From Azolla caroliniana (lineage: Eukaryota; Plantae; Polypodiophyta), in the NCBI GenBank assembly GCA_043228905.1, contig JBHGNT010000010.1, positions 1,488,001-1,552,000 of the forward strand: a DNA stretch of 64,000 nucleotides. The letters are read 5' to 3'. The translations under genes and the position numbers were made by a program. How positions within the stretch are numbered: position 1 is the stretch's first letter; each line of letters starts with the position of its first letter. This document shows positions 1-11,096 of the stretch, piece after piece. The notes under the pieces were generated by a model. It did no database searches, was not told where the DNA came from, and saw nothing but the letters and a program-made list of their open reading frames with translations.

Positions 1-605
1 GTGGAGGTGCTCGAGGTACAGGCTGACTACCAGAACTGGGAGGAGTTCAAAGGACGGCTTCTCCAAAGGTATGGTTTCGACGACTCGCTCCGGCTGTCGA
101 AACGAGAGTTCATGGAGTGGGTCGAGAGCCCCAAGAAGGGGAGGAATACAACTTGAATGCTCCTCCAGAAGTTTGAAAAATGATTTGCTCGCCTCTCGGC
201 GCTAGACTGGACCGTGCTCGATACAAGCCGGGTCCTATTATTCATCAAGTTGGTAGATGCGCTTGATCGAGGAAGGTGGGTCTTCTCTTGGAGACAGATG
301 AAGGGCTCATTGCCGACTAGGCCGTTGTTACGAAAGTATGTAGTCGTTTCGACGAGCGGCGGGACTGGAATGATGTGGGGGTGTCAGCAGTCGGCCGAAA
401 TGCCGGGAAAAGGACGAAGGAGATTCTGACTCGGTAGGAAGACACTAGGAGATGGCTTGAGTCGGGCGAGGTTCCAACCGACGTAGTGAAAGGCCTATCC
501 GAAGGCGTAGCTCTGGAGGACCTAACGAGGATGGTGTGAGACCTCTAAATTGCCTAGGCCCGGAGGTAAGGCGACGACCAATCACGTGATCGGCGCCCTC
601 CGAAT
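1..605 (+). pseudogene. Degenerate Ty3/Gypsy gag, 5' part (old element Z; runs off the window start)
   Basis: Translates to VLEVQADYQNWEEFKGRLLQRYGFDDSLRLSKREFMEWVESP..., homologous to the intact gag at 18289-20415 but with stops and frameshifts. Interrupted at the CGAAT TSD (601-605). Confidence 0.85.
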
Positions 606-714
606 TGTTAGCAAACAGGTCCCTCTGGACGGGAAGTCAGAAGACCCGGTGAGAACCGGATGTTGCAGGCCCCGGTGAGAACCTCTCATAGGATGGAAGG
701 GACATATATGTAAA
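606..714 (+). repeat. First part of copia X 5' LTR (split by insertion of Y)
   Basis: Matches 10469-10655 (TGTTAG...GCAGGCCC...GGACATATATGTAAA) minus about two 40-bp subrepeats. Ends at the GTAAA target site (710-714). Confidence 0.88.
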
Positions 715-1307
715 TGAGAGGACTACACGCTCCCGATGAACAACGCACGGCCACAACAGAGCCTAGGATCAAACACAGAAAACAGGTAATGAACGCACGA
801 CACGGTAAAAAGAAGAGTACACAAGATGTTAACATGGAAAACCCAAACTAGGGAAAAAACCACGGCAATCCACAGACTGCAAACTATCACTATATCACAA
901 TGTACAATAGTAAAGCACCTAGGCAACGACCTCGAGCTTGCTATCTTCGCCACAGTTGGAGGTTACAACAGAGGCAACGACCTCTTCCTCTCTCTCTCTA
1001 TGTACACAGTTGCACTCAAATCTTGCACCAACAAGAATGACAACAACTCTATCACTAAGTTTTCCCTAAGTCATATTTATACTAATATGACTTTTCGGCT
1101 ATTTACAAATATAGCCCTGATGGACTCTCAGAAAACATATTTACGAATATGTCCCTTCATCCGGTGAGCACTTCTCACCGGGCCTTCACCATCCGGCTCT
1201 TGCCGGGTACTGAGTCTCGTCATCCGGTTCTCACCGGGTTTTCCGTAGCCAGGTACTCCACATCCGGTTCTTCCGACTTCCCATCCGGAGGAACCTGTTT
1301 CCTAACA
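715..1307 (-). repeat. Copia Y 3' LTR
   Basis: TG...CA termini on the minus strand. PPT (TGAAGGGGGAG on minus) lies immediately inside at ~1310-1320. The sequence pairs with 5806-6405. Confidence 0.9.
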
Positions 1308-1317
1308 AACTCCCCCT

Positions 1318-4300
1318 TCACTCCGGCATGGGATGTCTTACTAGTCTGATCCGCTTCCGACATGCATCCAGCTTGTTGGGTATCAGCAGTTTGGTCAGCA
1401 TATCTGACCCGTTCTCGTCCGTGTGGATCTTCGTCAGCGCGAACTCTCGATCTTCTACTCGCTCCCGAATCCAGTGGTACCTACGATGGATGTGCTTCGT
1501 CCTGGAATGGTACGCTGCGTTCTTAGCAAGGTGGATGGCACTTTGACTGTCGCAATAGAGCCGGTATTCATCTTGTCGGATACCAAACTCACCGATGAAG
1601 TCCTTCATCCATAATATTTCCATGCCGGCTTCCACAGCCGCCATGTACTCCGCCTCCGTGGTTGACAACGCAACCGTCTTCTGCAACCTCGACTACCATC
1701 AAACAACTCCCCCTGCATATGTCATTACATACCCGGATGTAGACCGACTGGTATCAACATCAGCCAACATGTCTGAATCGGTAAAACCGTCAAGTTGAGG
1801 TTTATCGAAGCCGAATCAGAGACACATATTCGAAGTGCCCTTCAGGTACCGGAGTATCCATTTGACCGCTTTCCAGTGTTCCTTGTCGGGATTGCTCATG
1901 AACCGGCTCACCACTCCGACTACATATCCAATATTCGGTCGAGTACACACCATTGCGTACATTAAGCTCCCGATGGCAGAGGCATATGGAACCTTCATCA
2001 TATCCACCTTCTCTGCTTTCGTCTTCGGGCTTTGCTTACCGGACAACCTGTAGTTTGCCGGAAGTATCGATCCGACCGGTTTCGCATCTGACATGTTGAG
2101 CCGCTGAAGCACCTTTGTCACGTACTTCTCCTGTGACAACCACAATTGCTTTGTTGACCGGTCCCGGATAATATGCATCCCCAGCATCTGTCTTGCCAGA
2201 CCCAAGTCTTTCATTGAGAAGGTTCGGTTGAGAGCCTTCTTCAGCATCCGTATTTTGGCTTGGTCCCGTCCGACGATCAACATGTCGTCCACGTACAGAA
2301 GGAGTATCAGGAAGTCACCTCCTTCGAACTTCTTCATAAACACGCAGTGATCGGCCTACGTCTTGCGGTACCCTTGATCGGTCATGAAGGAGTCGAACTT
2401 CCGGTACCATTGTCGCGAAGCCTGCTTCAGTCCGTACAAGCTCTTCTTCAACCGGCAAACTAGGTGCTCCTTCCCTTTCTCCACGAATCCTTCCGATTGC
2501 TGCATGTAGATCTCCTCTTCGAGGTCACCGTGAAGGAATGTCGTCTTCATGTCCACCTGCTCTACCTCGAGGTCCATGCTTGCCGCTATACTCAGCACCG
2601 TCTGGATGGAGGTCATATTTACTACCGGGGAAAATATCTCGTCGAAGTCCACGCCCTTCTTCTGCTGGAACCCCTTCACCACGATCTTGGCTTTGTATCT
2701 CGGGGGGTTGTCGGCGACTCCCGGTTTCAACTTGTACACCCACTTGTTTCGAAGTGCCCGCTTTCATTTCGGCAACTCCACCAATTTGTACGTATGGTTC
2801 TCATGCAGGGAATCCATCTCATCCTACATGGCACCTAACCATTTCCAGCTATGGGCGTCACTTTTAGCTTCCTCGAAGCTTTCTAGCTCCCCCTCATCGG
2901 TCAGCAACACATGCTCTACATCCGGAAATCTCCGGGGGGGCCTTCTCTCTCTGAGAGGATATCTCTGTCTTTGGCCTTCGGCAACCGGCTTCGCTATTTG
3001 TTCTTCATCCAAATCCGATTCAGGGTCTTGGCCGGTTCCGATTTCAGCTTCCTCTACTTCTTCTTCTGCCGGTTCGGTATCCTCAACATAACCGGCTAGT
3101 TCCTTGAGTGTCAACCGGCTCTTAGCCGGGTGGGTCCGAATCTCATCGGAGTTCATTATCTTCTTCTCCGACTCCTAGTCGGCAAGAGTCTTGTTCTCCA
3201 TGAAGATAATATCTCAACTCCGGAATACCTTCTTGTCGACCAGGTCCCACACTCGGTAGTCGAACTCATCGTCGCCGTAACCGAGGAATATGCATGGTCA
3301 GGTCTTTGGATCCAATTTTCCTCTCCGGTCCTTAGCTACATGCACGTACGCGAGACACCCGAACACCTTCAGATGCCGGTAGGACACTTCCTTACCGGTC
3401 CATACTCTCTGTGGCGTGTGCCCGTCCAAGGGTACTGAGGGTGATCTGTTTATCATGTATGTCGCCATCGACAGTGCCTCAGCCCAAAATTTATTGGGTA
3501 ATTTTGCATGCGCCAGCATACTCCGGACCCTCTCCATTATGGTTTGGTTCATCCTCTTGGCCAGCCCGTTTAGTTCCGGCGTCTTCGGCACAGTAAATTC
3601 GAGTTGGATCCCCTTCGAGGAGACGTACTCCTCGAACTGTCCCCGGTATTCTCCTCCGTTATCTGCTTGAACCGCCTTCAGCTTCCGGCCGGTTTCTCTT
3701 TCCACTCTCGCATGGAGCTCTTTGAAGACGGATAGCACCTGATCCTTTGTCTTCAATGGTGTGGCCCAAAGCTTCCGGCTGTGGCCATCTATGAACGTCA
3801 CGAAGTACTGCGATTTGGCATGTGACTTTGTGTCCACTTGACACACATCGGTATGCACCAACTCCAGTGGTGCATTACGTCTCATCGGTGGCCTTGATCG
3901 GAAGGAGGTTTGGTTTTGCTTACCGGCCAGACAATCAGTGCACTTCTCCAAGTGCACATTCTTCACTGGAATGAGGTTGTCGTCTGCAAGCCTCTTCATC
4001 CCCTTCTCACTCATGAGACACAGCCTCTTGTGCCACAACTCACCGGCAGTGTCAGATGCCACGTTCACTTCTTCCGGGCATAACCGGCCATTCATCAGGT
4101 ACATTGTGTTGACCTTCCGGGCCCGAGCCACAATCAGGCTCCCTTTGCTGAACTTCATAACACTGTTCCGGATGCTACCCATGTAGCCTTCACCATCTAG
4201 CCGACCGACTAATATCAGGTTCAGTCAAACCTCCGGAACGTGTCGGACATCCTTCAGCAGCAGCTTGCATCCGGTTGGTGTTGTCAACCACACGTCTCCT

Positions 4301-5339
4301 ATGCCGACAATTCGGCATGTACCTTCATTCCCCATCAGGACACAACCGTGATCACCGGTTGTGTAGGATGAGAAGCATTTCCGGTCCGGGGTAAGGTGGA
4401 ACGACGCTCCGGAGTCGACCACCCAGGTCATCTCGTCGCTGGCAAGGTTTAGCTCACTCTCCTCGGTGATGAGCATCAACTCTTCTTCACTTGCCGCGAT
4501 TGCCGTCGTTCCCTTCCGGTCCGGCCCCCTCTGGTCTTTACTGTTTCGGTCCGGTGTCCGCTTCGAATCGGTACCGTCGGTTTCCTTGTCTTTTCGGAAG
4601 TGTCGACAGTTCTTCTGGAAGGGTCCTGGCTTGTCGCAATAGAAGCAGGTAGGCCTTCCCCTTGACTTTGACCGTGTCCCCGACTTCTCCCGGTTCTGGG
4701 GACTACGGTTCCTTTGTTTTCCGCGTTCCGATTCGGTAAGGAGTGCTTTGGAGTTGGAGCTCGTATCCTTATCTTTCCGACGCGCGTCCTCATCTAGCAA
4801 GCTCGACTTCCCTCTTGCCAAGGATAATTGTTTCCCTTCCGGCCCGGCGTTGCCCAAAGTGACAACCAACGTCTCCCAGCTATCTGGGGGGAACCAAGCA
4901 GGGGTAGTGCTAGTACCTCATCGGCGAGAGGTACTTCCAATGATGTTGCCTGGTGGATCAGCCCGTGGAAGGCATTCTTGTGCTCCGCCATGTTGGAGCC
5001 ATCTTGGTACTGGAGTCTTACTAGCTTCCGAAATACCGAAACCTGATTAACAACATTTTTGTTCTAAAACATAATGACGATCTTCTCCCAGAGCTCATGA
5101 GCCTTGCTCTCTTCATTGAAGTTGTTGTATAGACTCATGTCGATGAAGCACCGTATGTACGCCATTGTCTTCATGTGCATCACCTCCCATAACGTGGCGT
5201 CGATTTTGTCCAGTCTCTTGTCCTCGAACTGAACCGGCAACCAAAGATCTTTAACCACGAGCATGTCCCTCATCTTCGACTTCCATACCGAATAGTTGGA
5301 GCCGGTGAGCTTGAACATGACTCCCAACAAATCGTCCAT
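1318..5339 (-). pseudogene. Ty1/copia gag-PR-IN-RT-RNaseH polyprotein, disrupted by stops and frameshifts
   Basis: Motifs: gag FKLTGSNYSVWK; zinc knuckle CFYCDKPGPFQKNC; protease WVVDSGAS; integrase WHKRL/LELVHTD/ADNGGEY/PELNGLA; RT YKAKIVVKGF, LYGLKQ, LLYVDDML; RNaseH ALSTTEAEY, YCDSQSA. Integrase precedes RT, the copia order. Confidence 0.93.
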
Positions 5340-5355
5340 TTTTTTGTGTCGTTTT

Positions 5356-5367
5356 GCTCTAATACCA
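5356..5367 (-). promoter_or_regulatory. Primer binding site (initiator tRNA-Met type)
   Basis: TGGTATTAGAGC on minus, 3 nt from the LTR end. One mismatch to canonical TGGTATCAGAGC. Confidence 0.8.
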
Positions 5368-5370
5368 GTT

Positions 5371-5805
5371 TGAGAGGACTGCACGCTCCGCAAACAACGC
5401 TCGGCCACAACCGAGTCTAGGATCAAACACAAAAAAATGGATAATGTACGCACGACACAATAAAGAGAAGAGTACACATGATGTTTATGTGGAAAACCAA
5501 AACACGGGAAAAACCACGGCAGTCCACAGACTGCAAACTATCACTATGTTACAATATACAATAGACGAACACAGAGGCAACGACCTCTTGTTCACTGTCT
5601 TTGCCACAAGCGGCGGTTACAACAGAGACAACGTCCTCTTCGTCTTTCACTCTCTCTCTCTCTCTGTACACGGTTGCACTCAAATCTTGCACCAACAAGA
5701 ATGACAACTCTCACTACTAAGTTTGCCATAAGTCATATTTATACTAATATGACTTTTCGGCTATTTACAAATATAGGCCCAGTGGGCTCTCTAGAAAATA
5801 TTTAC
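5371..5805 (-). repeat. Second part of copia X 5' LTR, now inverted
   Basis: On minus it begins GTAAA (second TSD copy, TTTAC at 5801-5805). It matches 10651-11091 in diagnostic sequence (GAGAGCCCACTGGGCC; GACAGTGAACAAGAGG), not the Y LTRs. Confidence 0.88.
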
Positions 5806-6405
5806 TGTTAGGAAACAGGTCCCTCCGGACGGGAAGTCGGAAGAACCGGTGAGAACCGATTGTGGAGTACCCGACTACGGAAGACCCGGTGAGAACCGAA
5901 TGACGAGTACCCGGCAAGAGCCGGATGGTAATGGCCCGGTGAGAAGTGCTCACCGGATGAAGGGACATATTTGTAAATATGTTTTCTAAGAGTCCATCGG
6001 GGCTATATTTGTAAATAGCCAAATAGTCCGATTAGTATAAATATGACTTAGGGCAAACTTAGTGATAGAGTTGATGTCATTCTTGTTGGTGCAAGATTTG
6101 AGTGCAACTCTGTACAGAGAGCGAGAGAGAGAGGAAGAGGTCGTTGCCTCTATTGTAACCGCCGCCTATGGTGAAGATAGCAAGCTCGAGGTCGTTGCCT
6201 CGGTGCTTTACTATTGTACATTGTGATATAGTGATAGTTTGCAGTCTGTGGGCTGTCATGGTTTTTCCCTTGTTTGGGTTTTCCACGTTAACATCCTGTG
6301 TACTCTTCTCTTTACTATGTCATGCATTCGTTACCCATTTTTTGTGTTTGATCCTAGGCTCGGTTGTGGTCGTGTGTTGTTCATCGGAAGCGTGTAGTCC
6401 TCTCA
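5806..6405 (+). repeat. Copia Y 5' LTR
   Basis: TGTTAGG...TCTCA, followed by AAC and PBS TGGTATCAAAGC (6409-6420). Shares diagnostic GATAGCAAGCTCGAGG with 715-1307. Confidence 0.9.
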
Positions 6406-6436
6406 AACTGGTATCAAAGCGAAACAACACAAAAAA

Positions 6437-9400
6437 ATGGATGATTCGTTGGGAGGCATGTTCAAGCTCACCGGCTCCAACTATTCAGTGTGGACGTCAA
6501 AGATGAGGGACATGATCGTGGTTAAAGATCTTTGGTTGCCAGTTCAGTTCGGGGACAAGAGACCGGACAAAATCGATGCCGCGATATGGGAGGTGATGCA
6601 CATGAAGACAACGGCCTACATACGGTGCTTCATTGATATGAGTCTATACAACAACTTCAATGAAGAGAGCAAGGCTCATGAGCTCTGGGAGAAGATCGGC
6701 ATCATGTTTCAGAACAAAAATGTCGTTAATCAGGTTTCGGTATTTCGGAAGCTAGTAAGACTACGGTACCAAGATGGCTCCAACATGGCGGAGCACATGA
6801 ATGCCTTCCAGGGGCTAATACACTAGGCCACATCATTGGAAGTACCTCTCGCCGATGAGGTACTAGCACTACTCCTGCTCAGTTCCCTCCCAAATAGTTG
6901 GGAGACGTTGGTTGTCACTTTGGGCAACGACGGGCCGGAAGGGGAACGGTTATCCCTAGCAAGAGTGAAGTCGAGCTTGCTAGATGAGGAGGCGCGTCGG
7001 AAAGGCAAGGATACGAACTCCGACTCCAAAGCGCTCATTACCGAATTGGAACACGGAAGACAAAGGAACCGTAGTCCCCAAAACCGGGAGAAGTCGGGGA
7101 CACGATCAAAGTCAAGGGGGAGGCCTACCTGCTTCTATTGTGGTAAGTCGGGACACTTCCAGAAAAACTGTCCGCACTTCCGAAAAGACAAGGAAACCGA
7201 CGGCACCAATTCGAAGCGAACACCGGCCGGAACGGTAAAGACCGGAGGGGAACGGACTGGAAGGGAACGACGACAATAGTGGCAAGTGAAGAAGAGCTGA
7301 TGCTCATCACCGAGGAGAGTGAGTTGAACCTTGCCGGTGACGAGAAAACGTGGGTTGTTGATTCCGGAGTGACATTCCACCTTACCCCGGACCGTAAATA
7401 CTTCTCATCCTACACAACCGGTGATCACGGTTTTGTCCTGATGGGGAATGAAGGTACATGCTGAATTGTCGGCATAGGAGATGTGAGGTTGACAACACCA
7501 ACCGGATGCAAGCTGCTGCTGAAGGATGTCTGACACGTTCCGGAGGTTCGACTGAACCTGATATCAGCCAGTCGGCTAGATGATGAAGGCTACACGGGTA
7601 GCATCCGGAACGGTGTTATGAAGTTCAGCAAAGGGAGCCTGATTGTGGCTCGGGCCCGGATGGTCAACACGTTGTACCTGATGAGTGCCCAGTTATGCCC
7701 GGAAGAAGTGAATGTGGCATCTGACACTGCCGGTCAGTTGTGGCACAAGAGGCTGTGTCACATGAGTGAGAAGGGGATGAAGAGGCTTACAGACGACAAC
7801 CTCATTACAGTGAAGAATGTCCACTTGGAGGAGTGCACTGATTGTCTGGCCGATAAGCAAAACCGAACCTCCTTCCAATCAAGGCCACCAATGAGACATA
7901 ATGCACCACTAGAGTTGGTGCATACCGCTGTGTGTCAAGTGGACACGAAGTCACATGCCGGATCGCAGTACTTCGTGACGTTCATAGATGACCAAAGCCG
8001 GAAGTTGTGGGCCACACCATTGAAGAAAAAGGATCAGGTGCTATCCGTTTTCAAAGAGCTCCACGCGAGAGTGGAAAGAGAAACCAGCCGGAAGCTGAAG
8101 GCGGTTCGAGCAGATAACGGAGGAAAATACCGGGGACAGTTCGAGCAGTACTGCCACTCGAAGGGAATCCGACTCGAATTTACCGTGCCAAAGACGCCGA
8201 AACTAAACGGGTTGGCCGAGAGTATGAACCGGACCATAATGGAGAGGGTCCGGAGTATGCTGGCGCATGCAAAATTACCCAAGAAGTTTTGGGCTGAGGC
8301 ACTGTCGACGGCGACATACGTGATAAACAGATCACCCTCAGTACCCTTGGACGGACACACGCCACAGAGAGTACGGACAGGTAAGGAAGTGTCCTACCGG
8401 CATCTGAAGGTGTTCGGGTGTCTCGCATACGTGCATGTAGCTAAGGACCGGAGAGGAAAGTTGGATCCAAAGACCCGGCCATGCATATTCCTCGGTTACG
8501 GCGACGATGAGTTCGACTACCGAGTGTGGGACCTGGTCGACAAGAAGGTATTCCGGAGTCGAGATATTATCTTCATGGAGAACAAGACTCTTGCCGACTA
8601 GGAGTCGGAGAAGAAGATAATGAACTCCGATGAGATTCAGACCCACCCAGCTAAGAGCTGGTTGACACTCGAGGAACCAGCCGGTTACGGTGAGGATACC
8701 GAACCGGCAGAAGAAGAAGTAGAGGAAACTGAAATCGTCACCGGCCAAGATCCCGAATCGGATTTGGATGAAGGACAAATAGCGAAGCCGATTGCCGAAG
8801 GCCAAAGACGGAGATATCCTCTCAGAGAGAGAAGGGCTCCCTGGAGATTTCCGGATGTAGAGCATGTGCTGCTGACCCATGAGGGGGAGCCAGAAAGCTT
8901 CGAGGAAGCTAAAAGTGACCCCCATAGCCGCAAATGGTTAGGTGCCATGTAGGATGAGATGGATTCCCTGCAAGAGAACCATACGTACAAATTGGTGGAG
9001 TTGCCAAAAGGAAAGTGGGCACTTCGAAACAAGTGGGTGTACAAGTTGAAACCGGGAGATGCCGGCAACACCCCGAGATACAAAGCCAAGATCGTGGTGA
9101 AGGGGTTCCAGCAGAAGAAGGGCGTGGACTTCGACGAGATATTTGCCCCGGTAGTAAAGATGACCTCCATCCAGACGGTGTTGAGTATAGTGGCAAGCAT
9201 GGACCTCGAGGTAGAGCAGGTGGACGTGAAGACGGCATTCCTTCACGGTGACCTCGAAGAGGAGATCTACATGCAGCAACAGGAAGGATTCGTGGAGAAA
9301 GGGAAGGAGCACCTAGTTTGCCGGTTGAAGAAGAGCTTGTACGGACTAAAGCAGGCTCCCCAACAATGGTACCGGAAGTTTGACTCCTTCATGACCGATC

Positions 9401-10458
9401 AAGGGTACCACAAGACGTAGGCCGATCACTGCGTGTTTGTGAAGAAGTTTGAAGGAGGCGACTTCCTGATACTCCTTCTGTACGTGGACGACATGTTGAT
9501 TGTCAGACGGGACCAAGCCAAAATACGGATGCTAAAGAAGGCTCTCAACCGAACCTTCTCAATGAAAGACTTGGGTCCGGCAAGACAGATGTTGGGGATG
9601 CATATTATCCGGGACCGGTCAACGAAGCAATTGTGGTTGTCACAGGAGAAGTATGTGACAAAGGTGCTTCAGCGGCTCAACATATCAGATGCGAAACCGG
9701 TCGGATCGACACTTCCGGCAAACTACAGGTTGTCCGGTAAGCAAAGCCCGAAGACGAAAGCAGAGAAGGCGGATATGATGAAGGTTCCATATGCCTCTGC
9801 TGTCGGGAGCTTAATGTACGCAATGGTGTGTACTCGACCAGATATTGGATACGCAGTCGGAGTGGTGAGCCGGTTCATGAGCAATCTCGGCAAGGAGCAC
9901 TGGAACGTGGTCAAATGGATACTCCGGTACTTGAAGGGCACCTCGAATATCTGTCTCTAATTCGGCTCCGGTAAACCTCAACTTGACGGTTTTACCGATT
10001 CGGACATGTCAGTTGATGTGGATACCAGCCGGTCTACATCCGGGTATGTAATGACATATGCAGGGGGAGTTGTTTCGTGGCAGTCGAGGCTTCAAAAGAC
10101 GGTTGCGTTGTCAACCACAGAGGTGGAGTACATGGCGGTTGTGGAAGCCGGCAAGGAAATATTATGGATGAAGGACTTCATCGGTGAGCTCGATATCCGT
10201 TAAGATGAATACCGGCTCTATTGTGACAGTCAAAGTGCCATCCACCTTGCTAAGAACGCAGCGTACCATTCCAGGACGAAGCAGATCCAGCGTAGGTACC
10301 ACTGGATTCGGGAGCGAGTAGAAGATCGAGAGTTCGCGCTGACGAAGATCCACACAGACGAGAACGGGTCAGATATGCTGACCAAAGTGCTGAAACCCGA
10401 CAAGTTGGATACATGTCGGAAGCGGATCGGACTAGTAAGACATCCCATGCCGGAGTGA
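6437..10458 (+). pseudogene. Ty1/copia gag-PR-IN-RT-RNaseH polyprotein, disrupted
   Basis: ORF pieces 6437-6826, 6836-7279 (CFYCGKSGHFQKNC), 7618-8601 (integrase), 8959-9420 and 9433-9960 (RT, YVDD), and 10006-10458 (RNaseH), separated mostly by single nonsense changes. PPT GAAGGGGGAC at ~10457-10466. Confidence 0.93.
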
Positions 10459-10468
10459 AGGGGGACTT

Positions 10469-11091
10469 TGTTAGGAAATAGGTCCCTCCGGACGAGAAGT
10501 CGGAAGACCTTGTGAGAACCGGATGAGGAGTACCCGGCAACGGAAGATCCGGTGAGAACCGGATGACGAGTACCCATCAAGGAAGACCCGGTGAGAACCG
10601 GATCTTGCAGGCCCGGTAAGAACCTCTCATCGGATGGAAAGGACATATATGTAAATATGTTCCAGAGAGCCCACTGGGCCTATATTTGTAAATAGCCGAA
10701 AAGTCATATTAGTATAAATATGATTTAGGGCAAACTTAGTAGTGAGAGTTGTCATTCTTGTTGGTGCAAGATTTGAGTGCAACCGTGTACAGAGAGAGAG
10801 AGAGAGAGAGAGTGAAAGACGAAGAGGACGTTGTCTCTGTTGTAACCGTCGCCTGTGGCGAAGACAGTGAACAAGAGGTCGTTGCCTTTGTGCTCATCTA
10901 TTGTATATTGTAACATAGTGATAGTTTGCAGTTTGTGGATTGCCGTGGTTTTTCCCGTGTTTGGGTTTTCCACCTAAACATCTTGTGTACTCTTCTCTTT
11001 ACTATGTCATGCGTACATTATCCGTTTTTCTGTGTTTGATCCTAGACTCGGTTGTGGCCGAGCGTTGTTTGCGGAGCGTGTAGTCCTCTCA
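10469..11091 (+). repeat. Copia X 3' LTR
   Basis: Follows the PPT. TG...CA ends. Followed by TSD CGAAT. Confidence 0.92.
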
Positions 11092-11096
11092 CGAAT

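Larger units (their letters stand above)
606..11091. mobile_element. Composite of two related Ty1/copia elements (X and Y) in head-to-head arrangement, bounded by one TSD
   Basis: Starts TGTTAG at 606 and ends TCTCA at 11091. The 5-bp TSD CGAAT lies at 601-605 and 11092-11096, and the host Gypsy gag resumes after it. It contains two gag-PR-IN-RT-RH regions on opposite strands. Confidence 0.92.

Noticed and set aside
2356-9420. Shared UAG codons as programmed read-through or RNA-editing sites
   Set aside because: They sit inside conserved RT sequence, are typical deamination products, and relative W has sense codons at the sites compared. Both copies also carry private stops and frameshifts.
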